NCBI GenBank assembly: GCA_964016885.1
Contig: OZ024742.1
Coordinates: forward strand, 246,698,001-246,762,000
Direction of reading: 5' to 3'
Source of the DNA: Eledone cirrhosa
Taxonomy: Eukaryota
Length of the DNA: 64,000 nucleotides
Shown here piece by piece: positions 26,540 through 39,390 of this stretch (position 1 is its first letter; every line of letters begins with the position of its first letter). The notes below the pieces were generated by a model. The model was not told where the DNA came from and searched no databases. It was given only the letters and a program-made list of their open reading frames with translations. Position numbers and translations under genes: made by a program.

Positions 26540-29468
26540 CCCTGTGACCAAGAAATACCGGGATGGCGGCCGGCGGGGAATAGCGTGTCTCTCGGGAAGG
26601 ACGACCCCTCTAGTCTTGGTTGACACTAGTCCTAGAAGTGGTAACACGAAATGATTACCCCTTGGCGGTTAAGGATAAAACACGACAAAATAAAATAAAT
26701 GTCAAATGATAAAATCTCATACCGGATCGGCCGTCACCCGGGTCAAAAAGGGCCGCATCCCTCAGAGAGGAACCAGCCTGGGGTCGAAAAATCAGCTAAT
26801 GGTTCAAACCTTCCCCTCACTTCGGAGCTGGAGACCTCCCATAAACGGAATACTCCTACTGTTGGTTCTCCATGCTCATCACCTAGAAATCCAAAGAAAA
26901 AGAGAAGGGAAGATAATAAAAGTCAAGGGAAGATAATAAAGAAGTCCTTGAGGCCTTCTACACTGCCATGTACTACCCATCAAATAGATCGAATACAGAA
27001 CAGACATATATCAACTGGAAAAAGAAACATCCCGAAAAAAGAGGCAATATTGACAGTAACAAACTAGCCAATATACGAAGAAATATTGTTAAAAAAAAGT
27101 TACTAACTGATATAGAAATTGATCAGATCAAGCTATTAGCATAAAGTCAGCGAAGGGAAAATGAAACTTGTGTCAGTGAAAACGAGGTAAATTGTAACAC
27201 TTCGAATCCCAGGGTTGGGGCGGAATCACTGACAACAGAACAAATTAAAGAAAGGATCGAAAAAGTGGAGGGAGTGCATGCTCAAGATGAAACACAAAAT
27301 GAAAACAATGAGATCGTAAATGATAAGGAAATGAATGAGAATGAACTTGCCAACTTGAAGGATGAAATTATGATCGAATGGTTGAAAATGAAAGAATCTG
27401 ACATGGGGGAACGAGACACCCTCCAGAACTCCAAACAGAACAAAAAGATAATACACAAGACTAACATAATTCTCAAAAACATTATCATCACAAACAAACT
27501 AAACATTACTGATTTAAATCATCTCTATTATGCATCGGCTAAAGTCACCACTCCCTTATGTGGAGTGAAAATGAAAAAACAAAGGAATCCCCACAAGAAA
27601 TCTAGTGGCAAGAGAACATCAATCGCCAAATAAACCTTCTCCGATCTGACATAGAAATTTTAACAAACTACAAAGTAGGTGAACATGTTAAACAAACTAA
27701 ACTTAGAAAATTGAAAAGAAAATACAGTATAAAATCAACAAGTGACATAGACATGCTGATAGAAATAATCAAGCAAAAAGTGTCGGCCAAAGCTGCTCGT
27801 ATAAGGCGCTTTGAAAAACGATCTAGATTCTATAAGGACAATAATATGTTCAAAAACAACCAAAGAAACTTCTACAGAAAAATTGGCAAGTCAACAATAA
27901 CTGCTAAATCAATACCACCCAAGGAGGAAGTGCAAGAATTCTGGGAAAAGATCTGGGCCGAAGACAAACTTCATAATATACATGGCCAAGGGATAGACAG
28001 ACAAATGAAAGATACAGCTCACCTTGAGGAACAAATATGGGAAAATATAACAGTTGAACAGTTGCGTGTGGCTCTTAGAAAAACCAGCAAATGGAAATCC
28101 CCAGGAAAAGACAAAATACCAAATTTTTGGATAAATGCCTTCACAGAGTCTCATGAGCTGTTAGCCCAACTTTACAATGAAATAGTTAAGGAGCCAGAAA
28201 CGATACCATCATGGCTAGTTAACGGCATTACATTCCTGCTTCCGAAGAATGATGAGACAAACAATCCCAAAAATTACAGACCGATAACTTGCTTGACCAC
28301 AATGTATAACATTTTAACATCAGTCCTAACTGAATATACATATGACCACCTGATAACAAATGGCCTATTTCCCAATGAGCAGAAAAGATGTAAACGAGGC
28401 TCATATGGCTGTAAGGATCAGCTTTTGGTTAACAAAATGATACTGGAAGATTGTCATAATAAACACAAAAATCTATCAATTGCTTGGATGGATTATAAAA
28501 AAGCATTCGATAGTTTGCCACACAGTTGGATTGAAAAATGTTTAGAGATTTTCAAAATATCGAAATGGCAAGAAAAGCCTCTGTATGGAAAATACCCAGA
28601 AAGAGCTAACAATGTTGATGTTGACAAAACTTTAACCCATCAGTGGTTGGGATCCTCTGGACTGAAATCGGAGCTGAAGGACTGATTATATCAGCACAAG
28701 ATCAGTGTCTGCCCACAAAAAATTACCAAACCAACATAATAAAAAATGGATGCAACCCATTGTGCCGTGTATGTAAAAAACAACCAGAGACCATTGATCA
28801 TATAATTTCAATCAGCAGTCCTATAGCTCCAACCGAATACCTAAACAGGCATGACAGAGCTGCACAATACATACATTGGATAATGTGTAAGTATTTTGAC
28901 CTGCCCCATCAAAAGAATTGGTGGGAGCATCAACCACCTCCCATACTTGAAAAAGATCACATCTCAATCTTGTGGAACTTTAGCATCCAAACAAACAGAA
29001 AAATAGATGCAAATAGACCTGATATAATACTGAAGGATTTTAAAAAGAGGGTATGCCTGCTAATTGATATGTCCGTTCCAATAGACAAGAATGTATTTAT
29101 AAAACCATTTGAAAAATTGAGCAAGTATAAGGACCTGGAGATAGAAATTGGAAAAATGTGGAAATTGAGAACTAAAACAATACCAGTGGTTGTAGGCGCT
29201 CTAGGAATGATACCTAAGGGGTCTAATGATTACTTATCGCAAATCCCAGGAAACCCGCGTATAGGAGAAATACAACAGATAGTACTAATGGGAACTGCCC
29301 ATATACTAAGGAAGATTCTGTCAATATAAGTACATCACAAGTCTAAACACCTAAAGATGCATGTGTGTGTATGTGCTTTCTTGAACATGGCGGATCTTGT
29401 TGTCTCTTGAGGTCACTGGTTGTGACTTGGTGATAACTCGTATGAACATAAAGCAATATAAATGCAAC

Positions 29469-29471
<3 letters not shown>
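26540..29471 (+). mobile_element. R4/Dong-type non-LTR retrotransposon family B; frameshifted, internally deleted; (AAT)n tail
   Basis: WKSPGKD, NYRPITCL, EQK.CKRGSYGCKDQLL, WMDYKKAFDS.PHSW, CRVC...ETIDH, RHD, NRPDII..D, EKLSKY.DL; RT motifs QGD and DD absent. Confidence 0.9.
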
Positions 29472-29562
<91 letters not shown>

Positions 29563-30199
29563 GAAGAAGAAGAACCCCCCCCCCTCCTCTCCTCTGGCTA
29601 CACTATATAGGACAGCGAAACTCACCAACACCAGAAACTAGATACACCACCCACCCCATCATCTGTGTACACTAAACACAACAGCATTTTCACCTTCACC
29701 GCCACCGCTCACTACGGCCATCATTACCACCACTATCCCATCACCGCCGCCACCACCCCCTGACTCCTTCACTGCTGCTGCCACCGCTACAGCACCATCA
29801 CTACAGTAATACGGTCGCATCACCGCCACCACTGCCTCGGTATCGACATCACCGCCACCACTGTCTCAGTATCGCCAACGCCGCTAGTCTCTGCTGGCTA
29901 CCACTTCCACATTATAGAATTCCTACTACTAACAAAGAGGAAGGCATCAAAATATATAGATAGACTCAAAAGAAAAAAGAAAAAACAAACAACAAAAGCA
30001 GCACAGCAACAACAGTAAAAAACGAGAAAAACAGAGAAAAACAAAAACAAAAAAAGAAACCCCAAAAACGTAAAGAAAATAAGAATGAAGAGAGAAGCAG
30101 GCGGACGGACAGAGAAGAGGGGGGAAAAAGTAAAACTTAAAAAACAAAAACTAAGTCAGACATTCGAATACTACATTACAATGAAACTTATGCTTATTC

Positions 30200-33100
30200 A
30201 TTTTTGGGGCCCTTTCTGCCCGTGTGTTTGTTTGTTTATGTGTGTCCGTATACAGCGTGGTGATAATGCCACACAAGGGCCAAGTGGGATGGCGGATCCA
30301 CAGATGGCTATGTAAACATACATTCGCCAATCCTCGATAAGAGTGTTTAAATATCGAACATAAACAGTTCGAATAACGGTGAAATGGAGACTAGAACGTC
30401 ATGTGACAGACTCTCACCCAACAGGTGCCCCCTGGCTCAGCAGCAGGAACCTGACTGTCAACGAAATACTGCTGATGTTGGAGGAAGAAGAAGAAGGAAA
30501 GGGGCCAGAACCAACTGGACGAAAGAATTGAATAGAACTGTTATGCAATGCTACCTGAAAAGTAACCCCAAGGAGAGGGGCTACAGGAGACGGATGCATA
30601 ACATCTGGAACGAGATTGGTTTATTTAAATTAGATGAACAAAAATTGGCCGGGCAGGCTCGGGTAATAAGAACTAATGGGTGGATAAGCGAGCTGGAACT
30701 GGAGGAACTGAGCAGAGAGAATGGCTTGGAGATGGCGGGTGTAGTATGCCAGACAAGCGAGCCGGCGGGAAATGAAGGTGAGGAGGTCCTGAGAGCGGAG
30801 GAACCACCCGAAGCAGACAATGATCTGAATACTGAGATAAATAATACCTGGAACAGAGATACGGCCACTGAGGAGATGAATGCTGACGGGCTAGGACAAG
30901 ATTCGGTTGACATCCTAAATTTAGTGGTAGATGAGTTGAACAATGATAGTGGGAGACCTATGAACCTAAGATTTGTAGACAGGAAAAAGTTAAAAGAAAC
31001 AACAGCTAAGGTAAACAAAGTCATCCCATACCTTGAGGCGAGGAGTCTTCACCAGTGCAACAATATCCTCAAAGCAACAGCAAATACGGTGAGGAAACTA
31101 CTTGGTATAAAAGCGAGAGGAAACAACAGACAAGAAAGAGCAGAGCCGTGGTGGAAGAAGCGACTGAGTGGGCAAATCGGGGAAATGAGAAATGACATAG
31201 GAAAGCTTGAGTCACTACTGAATGGGACACTAAAAAACATAGGCACTAAAAATAGACTGGAAATAAAATACAAAACTAGGAGTAAAAAGCTAAACATTAT
31301 CATAGAGGAATTGAAGCAACGCATTGTAGCAAAGAGTGCCAAAATCAGGCGATACGAGAACAGAGTCAGTCAGTATAAACAGAACCGCATGTTCGACAAC
31401 AACCAGAAGATGCTGTTTGGACAGCTTGAGGGGAAAGAAAGAGGCACCGACTTGATCCCTGGGGCGGAACAAGCTAAAACATTCTGGAGAGGAATATGGG
31501 AGCAGGATGTTAGACACAATGCCCAGGCAGGGTGGATTGAGACAGTACAGAGGGAGATCGGTGAGCAGGCACAGCAACAGACTGATTTGAGTATCACAGT
31601 TGAAACTCTTAAGGGGCAAGCCAAAAAACTAACCAACTGGAAATCACCAGGCCCAGATGGTGTGCAGGGGTATTGGATTAAACATTTAACATCCCTCCAC
31701 CCGAAGCTGACGGCCATGTTCAATGACTGCTTGGTGTCGGGTGAGGTGCCAGAGTGGTTGACAAAAGGTACCACAGTTCTGATAATGAAAGACCGAATCA
31801 AGGGTAATGATGTTACCAACTATAGACCTATCACATGTCTGCCCGTAATGTGGAAACTGTTGACGAGCATTGTGTCTGAGGAAATCTACCATCACCTCCA
31901 CACAAACAACTTGTTGCCGGACGAACAGAAAGGATGCCGAAAGAAGTCACGTGGTACAAAGGACCAGTTGCTTATTGATAAGATGGTAATGGGGAATTGC
32001 AGGAGGAGACACACTGATCTTGCCATGGGATGGATAGACTACAGAAAGGCATTTGACATGGTGCCTCATTCCTGGATCACCAAAAGCCTGGAGATCTTCA
32101 GGGTGGCAGATACCATCAGACAGTTGCTGGGCAGGAGTATGGGGTCCTGGGAGACAGAGTTGACATCAACTGGAGTATCCTTGGGAAGCGTGAAGATCAA
32201 GAGAGGTATCTTCCAGGGAGATAGCCTGTCCCCTCTGTTGTTTGTCCTTGCCCTGATGCCCTTGACCATTATGCTGCGAAAAGTGAGAGCAGGATACAAG
32301 TTGGGAAGGGGAGAGCTTACCATCAATCACCTCCTCTTCATGGACGATCTTAAGCTCTTCGGGAAAAGTGAGAAGGAGTTGGATGTGCTTGTTGACACTG
32401 TCCGTATTTTCAGCAGTGATATATGTATGCAGTTTGGTATTGGTAAATGTGGAGTCATTGTGATGAGGAGGGGTAGGTTGAGCAGAAGTAACGGGATCCA
32501 GATACCAACAGGTGAGATGATAAAGGAAATTGACTCTGAGGAAGGATACAAGTATTTGGGCGTTCTGGAGGCTGATGGCATAAAGAACAAAAAAATGAAG
32601 GAATTGTTAAGAACTGAATACATTCGGAGAGTAAGGAGCGTATTGAAGTCACATCTGAACAGCAGAAATGCCATAAGCGCAGTAAATTCCCGAGCTGTGT
32701 CTATTATTAGGTACAGTGCGGGAATTCTGAGATGGAATGTTGCTGAACAAAAAGAAATGGATAGGAAGACTAGGAAGCTATTGACTATCTACAACATGTT
32801 CCACAAGAGGAGTGATGTCGATAGACTCTACCTAAGGAGATCTGAGGGTGGAAGAGGTCTTATCAGCATAGAGGACTGTGTTCAGATGGAGAAAAACAAC
32901 CTATACAAATACGTGACCTATAGTAAGGAGCCAATGCTCAGAGCTGTACTGAAGGAGGGGACAGTAGGCCAGGGGATACCCAAGGAGGAAATAACATCAA
33001 GGAGGAAGAGCAGCCTTAAGGGAAAATCCCTTCATAGTACCTTCTTTGAGAAAACTGAATTTAGAGATCCACAGACATGGAACTGGTTGAGAAGAGGAGA

Positions 33101-33850
33101 CCTCAAAAAGGCTACAGAAGGAATGCTAATGGCTGCGCAGGAGCAGGCCCTCAAAACGAAGTGGTTGAAGCACCATATCTACAAGGAGGAGGCTAGCCCA
33201 CTGTGCAGGATCTGTGGAGAGAGAGAGGAGACTGTGGCTCACATTGTGTCCGAGTGTAAACACCTAGCCCAGACCCACTATAAGGGCTGGAGACACGATG
33301 TGATGGGCAGGGTGATCCACTGGCACCTGTGCAAAGTAAACAATCTACCACATTCTGAGAAATGGTATGAGCATAGGCCAGAGGCGGTGATTGAGAACAG
33401 TCAGGTGAAGGTGCTGTGGGATTTTAGGATACAGACGGACAAAAAACTGGAACACAATAGACCTGACCTGGTGGTTGTGGACAAAGAAAAAAGATCGTGC
33501 CTGATTGTGGATGTGGCCTGCCCGTTCGACACGAGAGTGCAAGAGAAGGAGAGGGAGAAAATTAACCGATACCAGGACCTAAAGTGGGAGGTGAAAAGGA
33601 TTTGGAACTGCCATGAAGTCAAAGTGATCCCGATTGTCATAGGCGCACTGGGGACTATCTCCAAAGGTTTCCAGGGATGGTTAAAGAAAATCGGCCCCTT
33701 CACGCTTTTTGGAACGCTTCAAAAGGCATGCTTGCTTGGAACGGCAAGAACCCTCCGATACGTCCTGAATATCTGAGGCTGCAGGTAGTGGCTTGATATT
33801 CAATCCAACGGACTTTCCAGTTAACCAACATCAATGACTGAGATTCAAGG
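30200..33850 (+). mobile_element. Full-length R4/Dong-type non-LTR retrotransposon family A with (AAT)n tail
   Basis: Single intact ORF, ~75-nt 3' UTR, AAT tail at 33851-33900; 5' boundary approximate. Confidence 0.92.
30384..33776 (+). CDS. Reverse transcriptase-CCHC zinc knuckle-restriction-like endonuclease polyprotein (1130 aa)
   Basis: NYRPITCL, DYRKAFDMVPH, GIFQGDSLSPLLF, HLLFMDDLKL, YKYLG, GGRGL, CRICGEREETVAHIVSEC, RHD, NRPDLVVVD, DVACPFD, EKINRY. Confidence 0.97.
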   Translation: METRTSCDRLSPNRCPLAQQQEPDCQRNTADVGGRRRRKGARTNWTKELNRTVMQCYLKSNPKERGYRRRMHNIWNEIGLFKLDEQKLAGQARVIRTNGWISELELEELSRENGLEMAGVVCQTSEPAGNEGEEVLRAEEPPEADNDLNTEINNTWNRDTATEEMNADGLGQDSVDILNLVVDELNNDSGRPMNLRFVDRKKLKETTAKVNKVIPYLEARSLHQCNNILKATANTVRKLLGIKARGNNRQERAEPWWKKRLSGQIGEMRNDIGKLESLLNGTLKNIGTKNRLEIKYKTRSKKLNIIIEELKQRIVAKSAKIRRYENRVSQYKQNRMFDNNQKMLFGQLEGKERGTDLIPGAEQAKTFWRGIWEQDVRHNAQAGWIETVQREIGEQAQQQTDLSITVETLKGQAKKLTNWKSPGPDGVQGYWIKHLTSLHPKLTAMFNDCLVSGEVPEWLTKGTTVLIMKDRIKGNDVTNYRPITCLPVMWKLLTSIVSEEIYHHLHTNNLLPDEQKGCRKKSRGTKDQLLIDKMVMGNCRRRHTDLAMGWIDYRKAFDMVPHSWITKSLEIFRVADTIRQLLGRSMGSWETELTSTGVSLGSVKIKRGIFQGDSLSPLLFVLALMPLTIMLRKVRAGYKLGRGELTINHLLFMDDLKLFGKSEKELDVLVDTVRIFSSDICMQFGIGKCGVIVMRRGRLSRSNGIQIPTGEMIKEIDSEEGYKYLGVLEADGIKNKKMKELLRTEYIRRVRSVLKSHLNSRNAISAVNSRAVSIIRYSAGILRWNVAEQKEMDRKTRKLLTIYNMFHKRSDVDRLYLRRSEGGRGLISIEDCVQMEKNNLYKYVTYSKEPMLRAVLKEGTVGQGIPKEEITSRRKSSLKGKSLHSTFFEKTEFRDPQTWNWLRRGDLKKATEGMLMAAQEQALKTKWLKHHIYKEEASPLCRICGEREETVAHIVSECKHLAQTHYKGWRHDVMGRVIHWHLCKVNNLPHSEKWYEHRPEAVIENSQVKVLWDFRIQTDKKLEHNRPDLVVVDKEKRSCLIVDVACPFDTRVQEKEREKINRYQDLKWEVKRIWNCHEVKVIPIVIGALGTISKGFQGWLKKIGPFTLFGTLQKACLLGTARTLRYVLNI

Positions 33851-34013
33851 AATAACAATAACAATAATAATAATAATAATAATAGTAATACTAATAATAA
33901 TTGTTTCTACTTTTGGCACAAGGCCAGCAATTAACCAATGCATTACTGGTACTTTATTCTATCCAGAAGGATGAAAGGCAAATAATAATAATGAGTATAA
34001 CCGAAATTGAAGC

Positions 34014-34104
34014 TTAGGTATCATTCCCAGAGCGCCTACAACCACTGGTATTGTTTTAGTTCTCAATTTCCACATTTTTTCCAATTTCTATCTCCAGGTC
34101 CTTA
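34014..34104 (-). mobile_element. Internal fragment of R4/Dong family B
   Basis: Reverse complement matches 29129-29218. Confidence 0.8.
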
Positions 34105-34262
34105 AATTATAAGAGGCAGTCACGAAGCACTCAATGATGTGAGATATTGATACATTTTCACCCAGAATGAACTCAAAAGTTTAGTGAAGTGTGACACCAA
34201 GAATAAGGCGACCAAAAGCATGTTGCTACAATAAGACAACATCGATATAATAAAGAGGTCGA
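34105..34262. repeat. Unclassified repeat duplicated at 35208-35365
   Basis: AAATTATA.GAGG.AGT.ACGAAGCACTCAATGATGTGAG...GAGGTC present twice. Confidence 0.8.
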
Positions 34263-34677
34263 ACACTAACGAGTGGGTATGAATCGATAAAAATCGATAA
34301 AAATCTTCAATAGGTTCCTGGGATTTCGAGGAGATACATTCCAAGTTGCATAACGAATAAGCAAGTCAGTGATACATCATTTGATGGGACGGATATATCC
34401 CTTCTTCAACAGGTTTTATGTTCCAAGTTATCCGATTCGTTCGGTCACTAGATGACACTGTGGCAGTCTACTGGAGCTGTAAATTTGGCAATCAGGTTAC
34501 GTGTCCTTTCTAAAAAAAAATAGCAAGATCAGTCGGCCAAAATTTTGGCGGGTACATTCAAAATGTGAACAAAGGAGTTTTTCAGAGCCTCAAATTAGCT
34601 CTCAACTAGGTTTACAAAAAATCAATTAAACAATTAATTATAAGGACTTGGAGAAAAATAATTGTTTCAAATAATAT

Positions 34678-35085
34678 TTGTTTCTACTTTTGGCACAAGG
34701 CCAGCAATTATTCCAGTGCATTACTGGTACTTTATTTTATCGATCCCGTAAAGATGAAAGGAGAAGCTAACCTTGGTGGGATTTATAATCAGACCATAAA
34801 GGGCCTTAACTCTATGCTGCAAAGCATGGTGTCTGACGCTCTACCGATTCTGCCAATCCACTAATAATAATTGTTTCTTATATAGGCACAAGGCCAGCAA
34901 TTTTGGGGGAGGGGAAAGTCGATTAAATCGACACCAGTGCATTACTGGTACTTTATTTTATCGACCCCGTAAGGATGAAAGGCAAAGCTAACCTTGGCAG
35001 GATTTGAACTCAGAACGTAAAGGGCCATAACTCTATACTGCAAAGCACGGTGTCTGACGCTCTACCGATTCTGCCAATCCACCAA
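34678..35085 (-). mobile_element. Two tandem tRNA-derived SINE copies
   Basis: 34678-34862 and 34872-35083; a partial copy also at 33900-33982. Confidence 0.85.
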
Positions 35086-35409
35086 TAATAATGAGGGTAC
35101 TATTAAGTTAGACATGACATGGGTGAATACTGCCCGAAATATATCGAAGGTATCAATGTTATGAAAGTATAACCGAAGTTATAGCTGCCCTGTATCAGGT
35201 GCTCATCAAATTATAGGAGGTAGTTACGAAGCACTCAATGATGTGAGATATTGATACATTTTCACCCAGAGTGAACTCAAATAGGTAATGAAGTGTGACA
35301 CCAAGAATAAGGCAACGAAAAGCATGTTGTTACAATAAGACAACATCGATATAACAAAGAGGTCAACATATATATATCTAGGTGGATAGATTGATGTTTT
35401 TATTTTCCG

Positions 35410-35530
35410 AATTAGGCGCTGAGCTAGCCAGCCGCAGGTGTGAGCCTCGCGAGTTGGAATGGCTCTTCCAGCGCATCTCCCTTACTATCCTCCGGGGAAA
35501 CGCTTTCTCCATTCTGTCCGCCAGGGCTGT
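35410..35530 (+). mobile_element. CRE-clade 3' fragment
   Basis: EPRELEWLFQRISLTILRGNAFSILS matches 14060-14140. Confidence 0.75.
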
Positions 35531-35910
35531 GGGGAGGCCAGCACGTGGGACACCATTTGTTCACCATATGGAGAGATGGGGAGGGCGAGAGAGATGGAGG
35601 CGGTGACAGTGGGAGTTCGGCTCTTCCACGTTCGGACCATATTCTTGTGGTTGTGTTCATTATCTATAGATTTTCTCATTATACAATGGATGAAAACAAA
35701 CACGCACACTCATACACATATATATTGATACTGTGCAACATCTACGATTTGACAGTTCAGTTGAAAGGAGAGGGGACTTCACCAGCATTGAGTTGATACT
35801 TTTTTTATCGACCTCGAAAGGATAAATAGTGAAGTGTACTTCGGTGGTATTAGATCTCAGAAGTCAGAAACTCGAAACAAATAACCAACGCTCTAACACA
35901 AATACATATC

Positions 35911-36013
<103 letters not shown>

Positions 36014-36085
36014 TATGGTAATATATATATATGCGTGTACGCATTTATATATATATATATATATACATATGTTTATATATATGTG

Positions 36086-36165
<80 letters not shown>

Positions 36166-36243
36166 TCTCTCTGTATATATATATATATATATATTATATA
36201 TACAGAGGGAGAGAGAGAGAGAAAGACACACATATATATAAAC

Positions 36244-36325
<82 letters not shown>

Positions 36326-36953
36326 TTCTAGGCGTACTGTTTTCGAGGAATCTGTTTACAACTTAAACATATTTATGGGATATTCATTGCCATTTAAAGA
36401 ACAATAGGATTTAATATTTTCAACGCGGCAGCTAAAATGGAGTACAATATTTTATATATTTAAGAGAATTAAACAAATTTTTTATCAACTCTTGATAAAC
36501 AAACGACGTGGTTGACCGGGAATGCAGGCCGAAAATGTTGCTTGCACAGAAGAGAACTACGTTTGAGTAAATTTTTACAAGTAGCAACGGAACAATTTTA
36601 ATACGGCCTAACGTAAGTTTTTGTGTTATCTCATAGAGGGAGCGAATGTGAAATATTTCTCTTAAGAACAGCTGTGATAACAATTTTCAACAACATGATT
36701 GATTTCAAAATGTAAAGATTTGTTACTGTTAAATTTAAAGAAAAGAGAAGACAAAAAAAGATTAAGAGAAGATTTATGTGAGAAATAAAAATAGTAAGAT
36801 ATGAAACATGTTTAACTAAATAACAAATAGACATATGGTAGTTTATGAAAATGGTGTGTGGTGTGTTGAGAAATAAAAGAAGAAAATGAATGTTGCGGTC
36901 TTAGATATCGTAAAGTCATCTTTATAACAGGGTATATGTACACATATATACAT

Positions 36954-36985
<32 letters not shown>

Positions 36986-36990
36986 GTGTG

Positions 36991-37027
<37 letters not shown>

Positions 37028-37123
37028 GGGGTCCTACTCGTTCCTATTACCCACTCTACTACCCTAAGTATTGAGTACTTTGGTGCGTTATGGTCCACCT
37101 GGTTCCTTACCACATTTCCTTCG

Positions 37124-37169
<46 letters not shown>

Positions 37170-37299
37170 CTGACGGTAGCTAAGATGCTTCCATAGGCGG
37201 TATGCCGGTTGAGCACTCTATGCTGTTTCAGAGCAGAGTATGATAGAATAGAAAACGAAAAATCAGTAAATTGAGTTCAGATGCATCACTGATTATTCG

Positions 37300-37419
<120 letters not shown>

Positions 37420-37589
37420 TGTATCGTCAAATATGAAATTTGTAGAAAAAAAACAAATGCCTACAAATTTCATACTTGATAACTCAATATATATATATAT
37501 ATACATAACGCTGTGACTTCTCCCTCCCACGTGTAGTTGGACGGTCGCTTTAAACATTCTGTTAGTGTTGTCTGAAATGTATGGCCTAA

Positions 37590-37669
37590 CACACGCTGAT
37601 AAACCTGGGTTATTTCACTTCTCTCAACAACTTAATGGCGAAACAGATCACTTCGGATTTGTACGTGTG
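37590..37669 (+). ncRNA. Full three-stem hammerhead with G8A decay (F10)
   Basis: CACACG-CUGAUAA-ACCUGGGUU...AACUUAAUGGC-GAA-ACAGAUC-ACUUCG-GAUUUGU-A-CGUGUG. Confidence 0.65.
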
Positions 37670-38194
37670 GTATATAGTTATAGAGTTATTTATTTACGCT
37701 TTAATTTATATTTTTAATTATCGTGTCTTTATTCTGCCTTCCATAGGTTATAGATTCCATACACTGTTGGTTTTTTCCCTGTTTTATTGATGGCGCACTG
37801 TATATCTCTCTAGTGTGTTACCTTTTCAACATATTGTATTCTAAAGTGCCCAGGATTTCCTCTCCTTTGAGCACATTACTTACAGGGAACGGCGAGAGTC
37901 TATGGCTCCGTTAATGTATCGTGATATGTGTGTATGTATGTATGTATATATGTATATATAGGTATATATATATATGATTTTTCTTCTTCGATTTCCCCAT
38001 GGCTAACTTGTTGCAAACTGTATCTGGTTGAAACTCTTTTCGTTTTCAGTTGAAGCACACATACCTTTTATTTGTGAATTTAGTAGACACGGATAGTATC
38101 CTATGTTATTATATTTTAACTCTTTGTTGTAATCCCATGTGCACTCGTCTGAAAGGTACCAACTTTCGAAGCACAGAAACCATAATGATCCTTT

Positions 38195-38317
<123 letters not shown>

Positions 38318-38339
38318 CAATATATATATGATAAGATAG

Positions 38340-38540
38340 ACTCCTGTCTTCTATCACCCATGAAAACTCCCCGACGGGTTTCAGCGTAACTCCACTCGCT
38401 TGCAAGAGATTGAATGTTTCAGTCCTCTTTGCAACACTGATTTTGATTCCTGCTGTGCAGCACTCAGCCGTAAACGTATCCAATGCATGCCGAAGTTCAT
38501 CTTCTGGTGAGTTATTTAACATTATGTCTTCTGCACATAT
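38340..38540 (-). mobile_element. RTE fragment
   Basis: AEDIML...DELRHALDTFTAECCTAGIKISVAK matches 43080-43260. Confidence 0.7.
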
Positions 38541-39189
38541 TAGTCGACTGATCCAAATATTAGCCGACATTATGATCGTTAGTCCAATAAACTTACCACA
38601 AGGCCACGTGCCTTTACTCTGCTCAGGCTTGATAGAACAAAACTACGGTACAAGATGGTGCAACAAATAGGCGGCTATCCTACAGACTCGTCTGTGATTC
38701 GGACAAAATGCCTTTCCGTTATATATTCCAGCTTCTTGTGTTCTGAATTTCAATTTTAGGTAGCGAATTGGCTGAGTCGTTAAGGTTTAGGATAAAAAAA
38801 AACTTTGCTATATTTGTTCCGGGTTTCTACGATTTTTGTTCAAAATGCCACCAAAGTCAACTTTGTTGTTTAATAGTCGCACAAAATGTCGCGAAGTATT
38901 TATTCAAACACATTGAGTTCTGAATTCAAATTCCACCAATGTCAGCTTTGATGGTAGACTGAAACTGTAACTTGGTTTGACACCATCACTTGGTCCTGGG
39001 GTACCTCTTAAAGGAACCTAATCTGTTAAAATTTTTTTTTTTTTTTTTTTGTAATTGTTTTTTAATAAGATGGTTTGTGAAGTGTGAAGAAAAGTCACAG
39101 CACGTCATCGTGGCATTACGGGGCTTCATCTGAATTTTGAGAGATATGAATCCTGTATGTATGGCCCCACAACCTCTAATGGTTGGTGT

Positions 39190-39390
39190 AAGACAGAACA
39201 AAAGAGAGACAAAATAAAGACCCGGTCCCCGAGGAGGACACGGAATGTGTGACAAAAGGGCTTTGACAATATATAAACAACCATCCGATTATCGCACCAA
39301 CCAACCAGAAATCTATAATAAATTGAAGTGAAAACCAACATGTGCGTGTGGTTTTATTGGCAGCATGACCCTCCGAAAGTATAACAATAT
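39190..39390 (+). mobile_element. Old diverged copy of the Penelope pLTR with decayed hammerhead
   Basis: Ends ...CATGACCCTCCGAAAGTATAACAATAT(AT)n like 52925-52952; decayed core CCGAGGA-GGACAC...GTGAC-AAAA. Confidence 0.8.
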
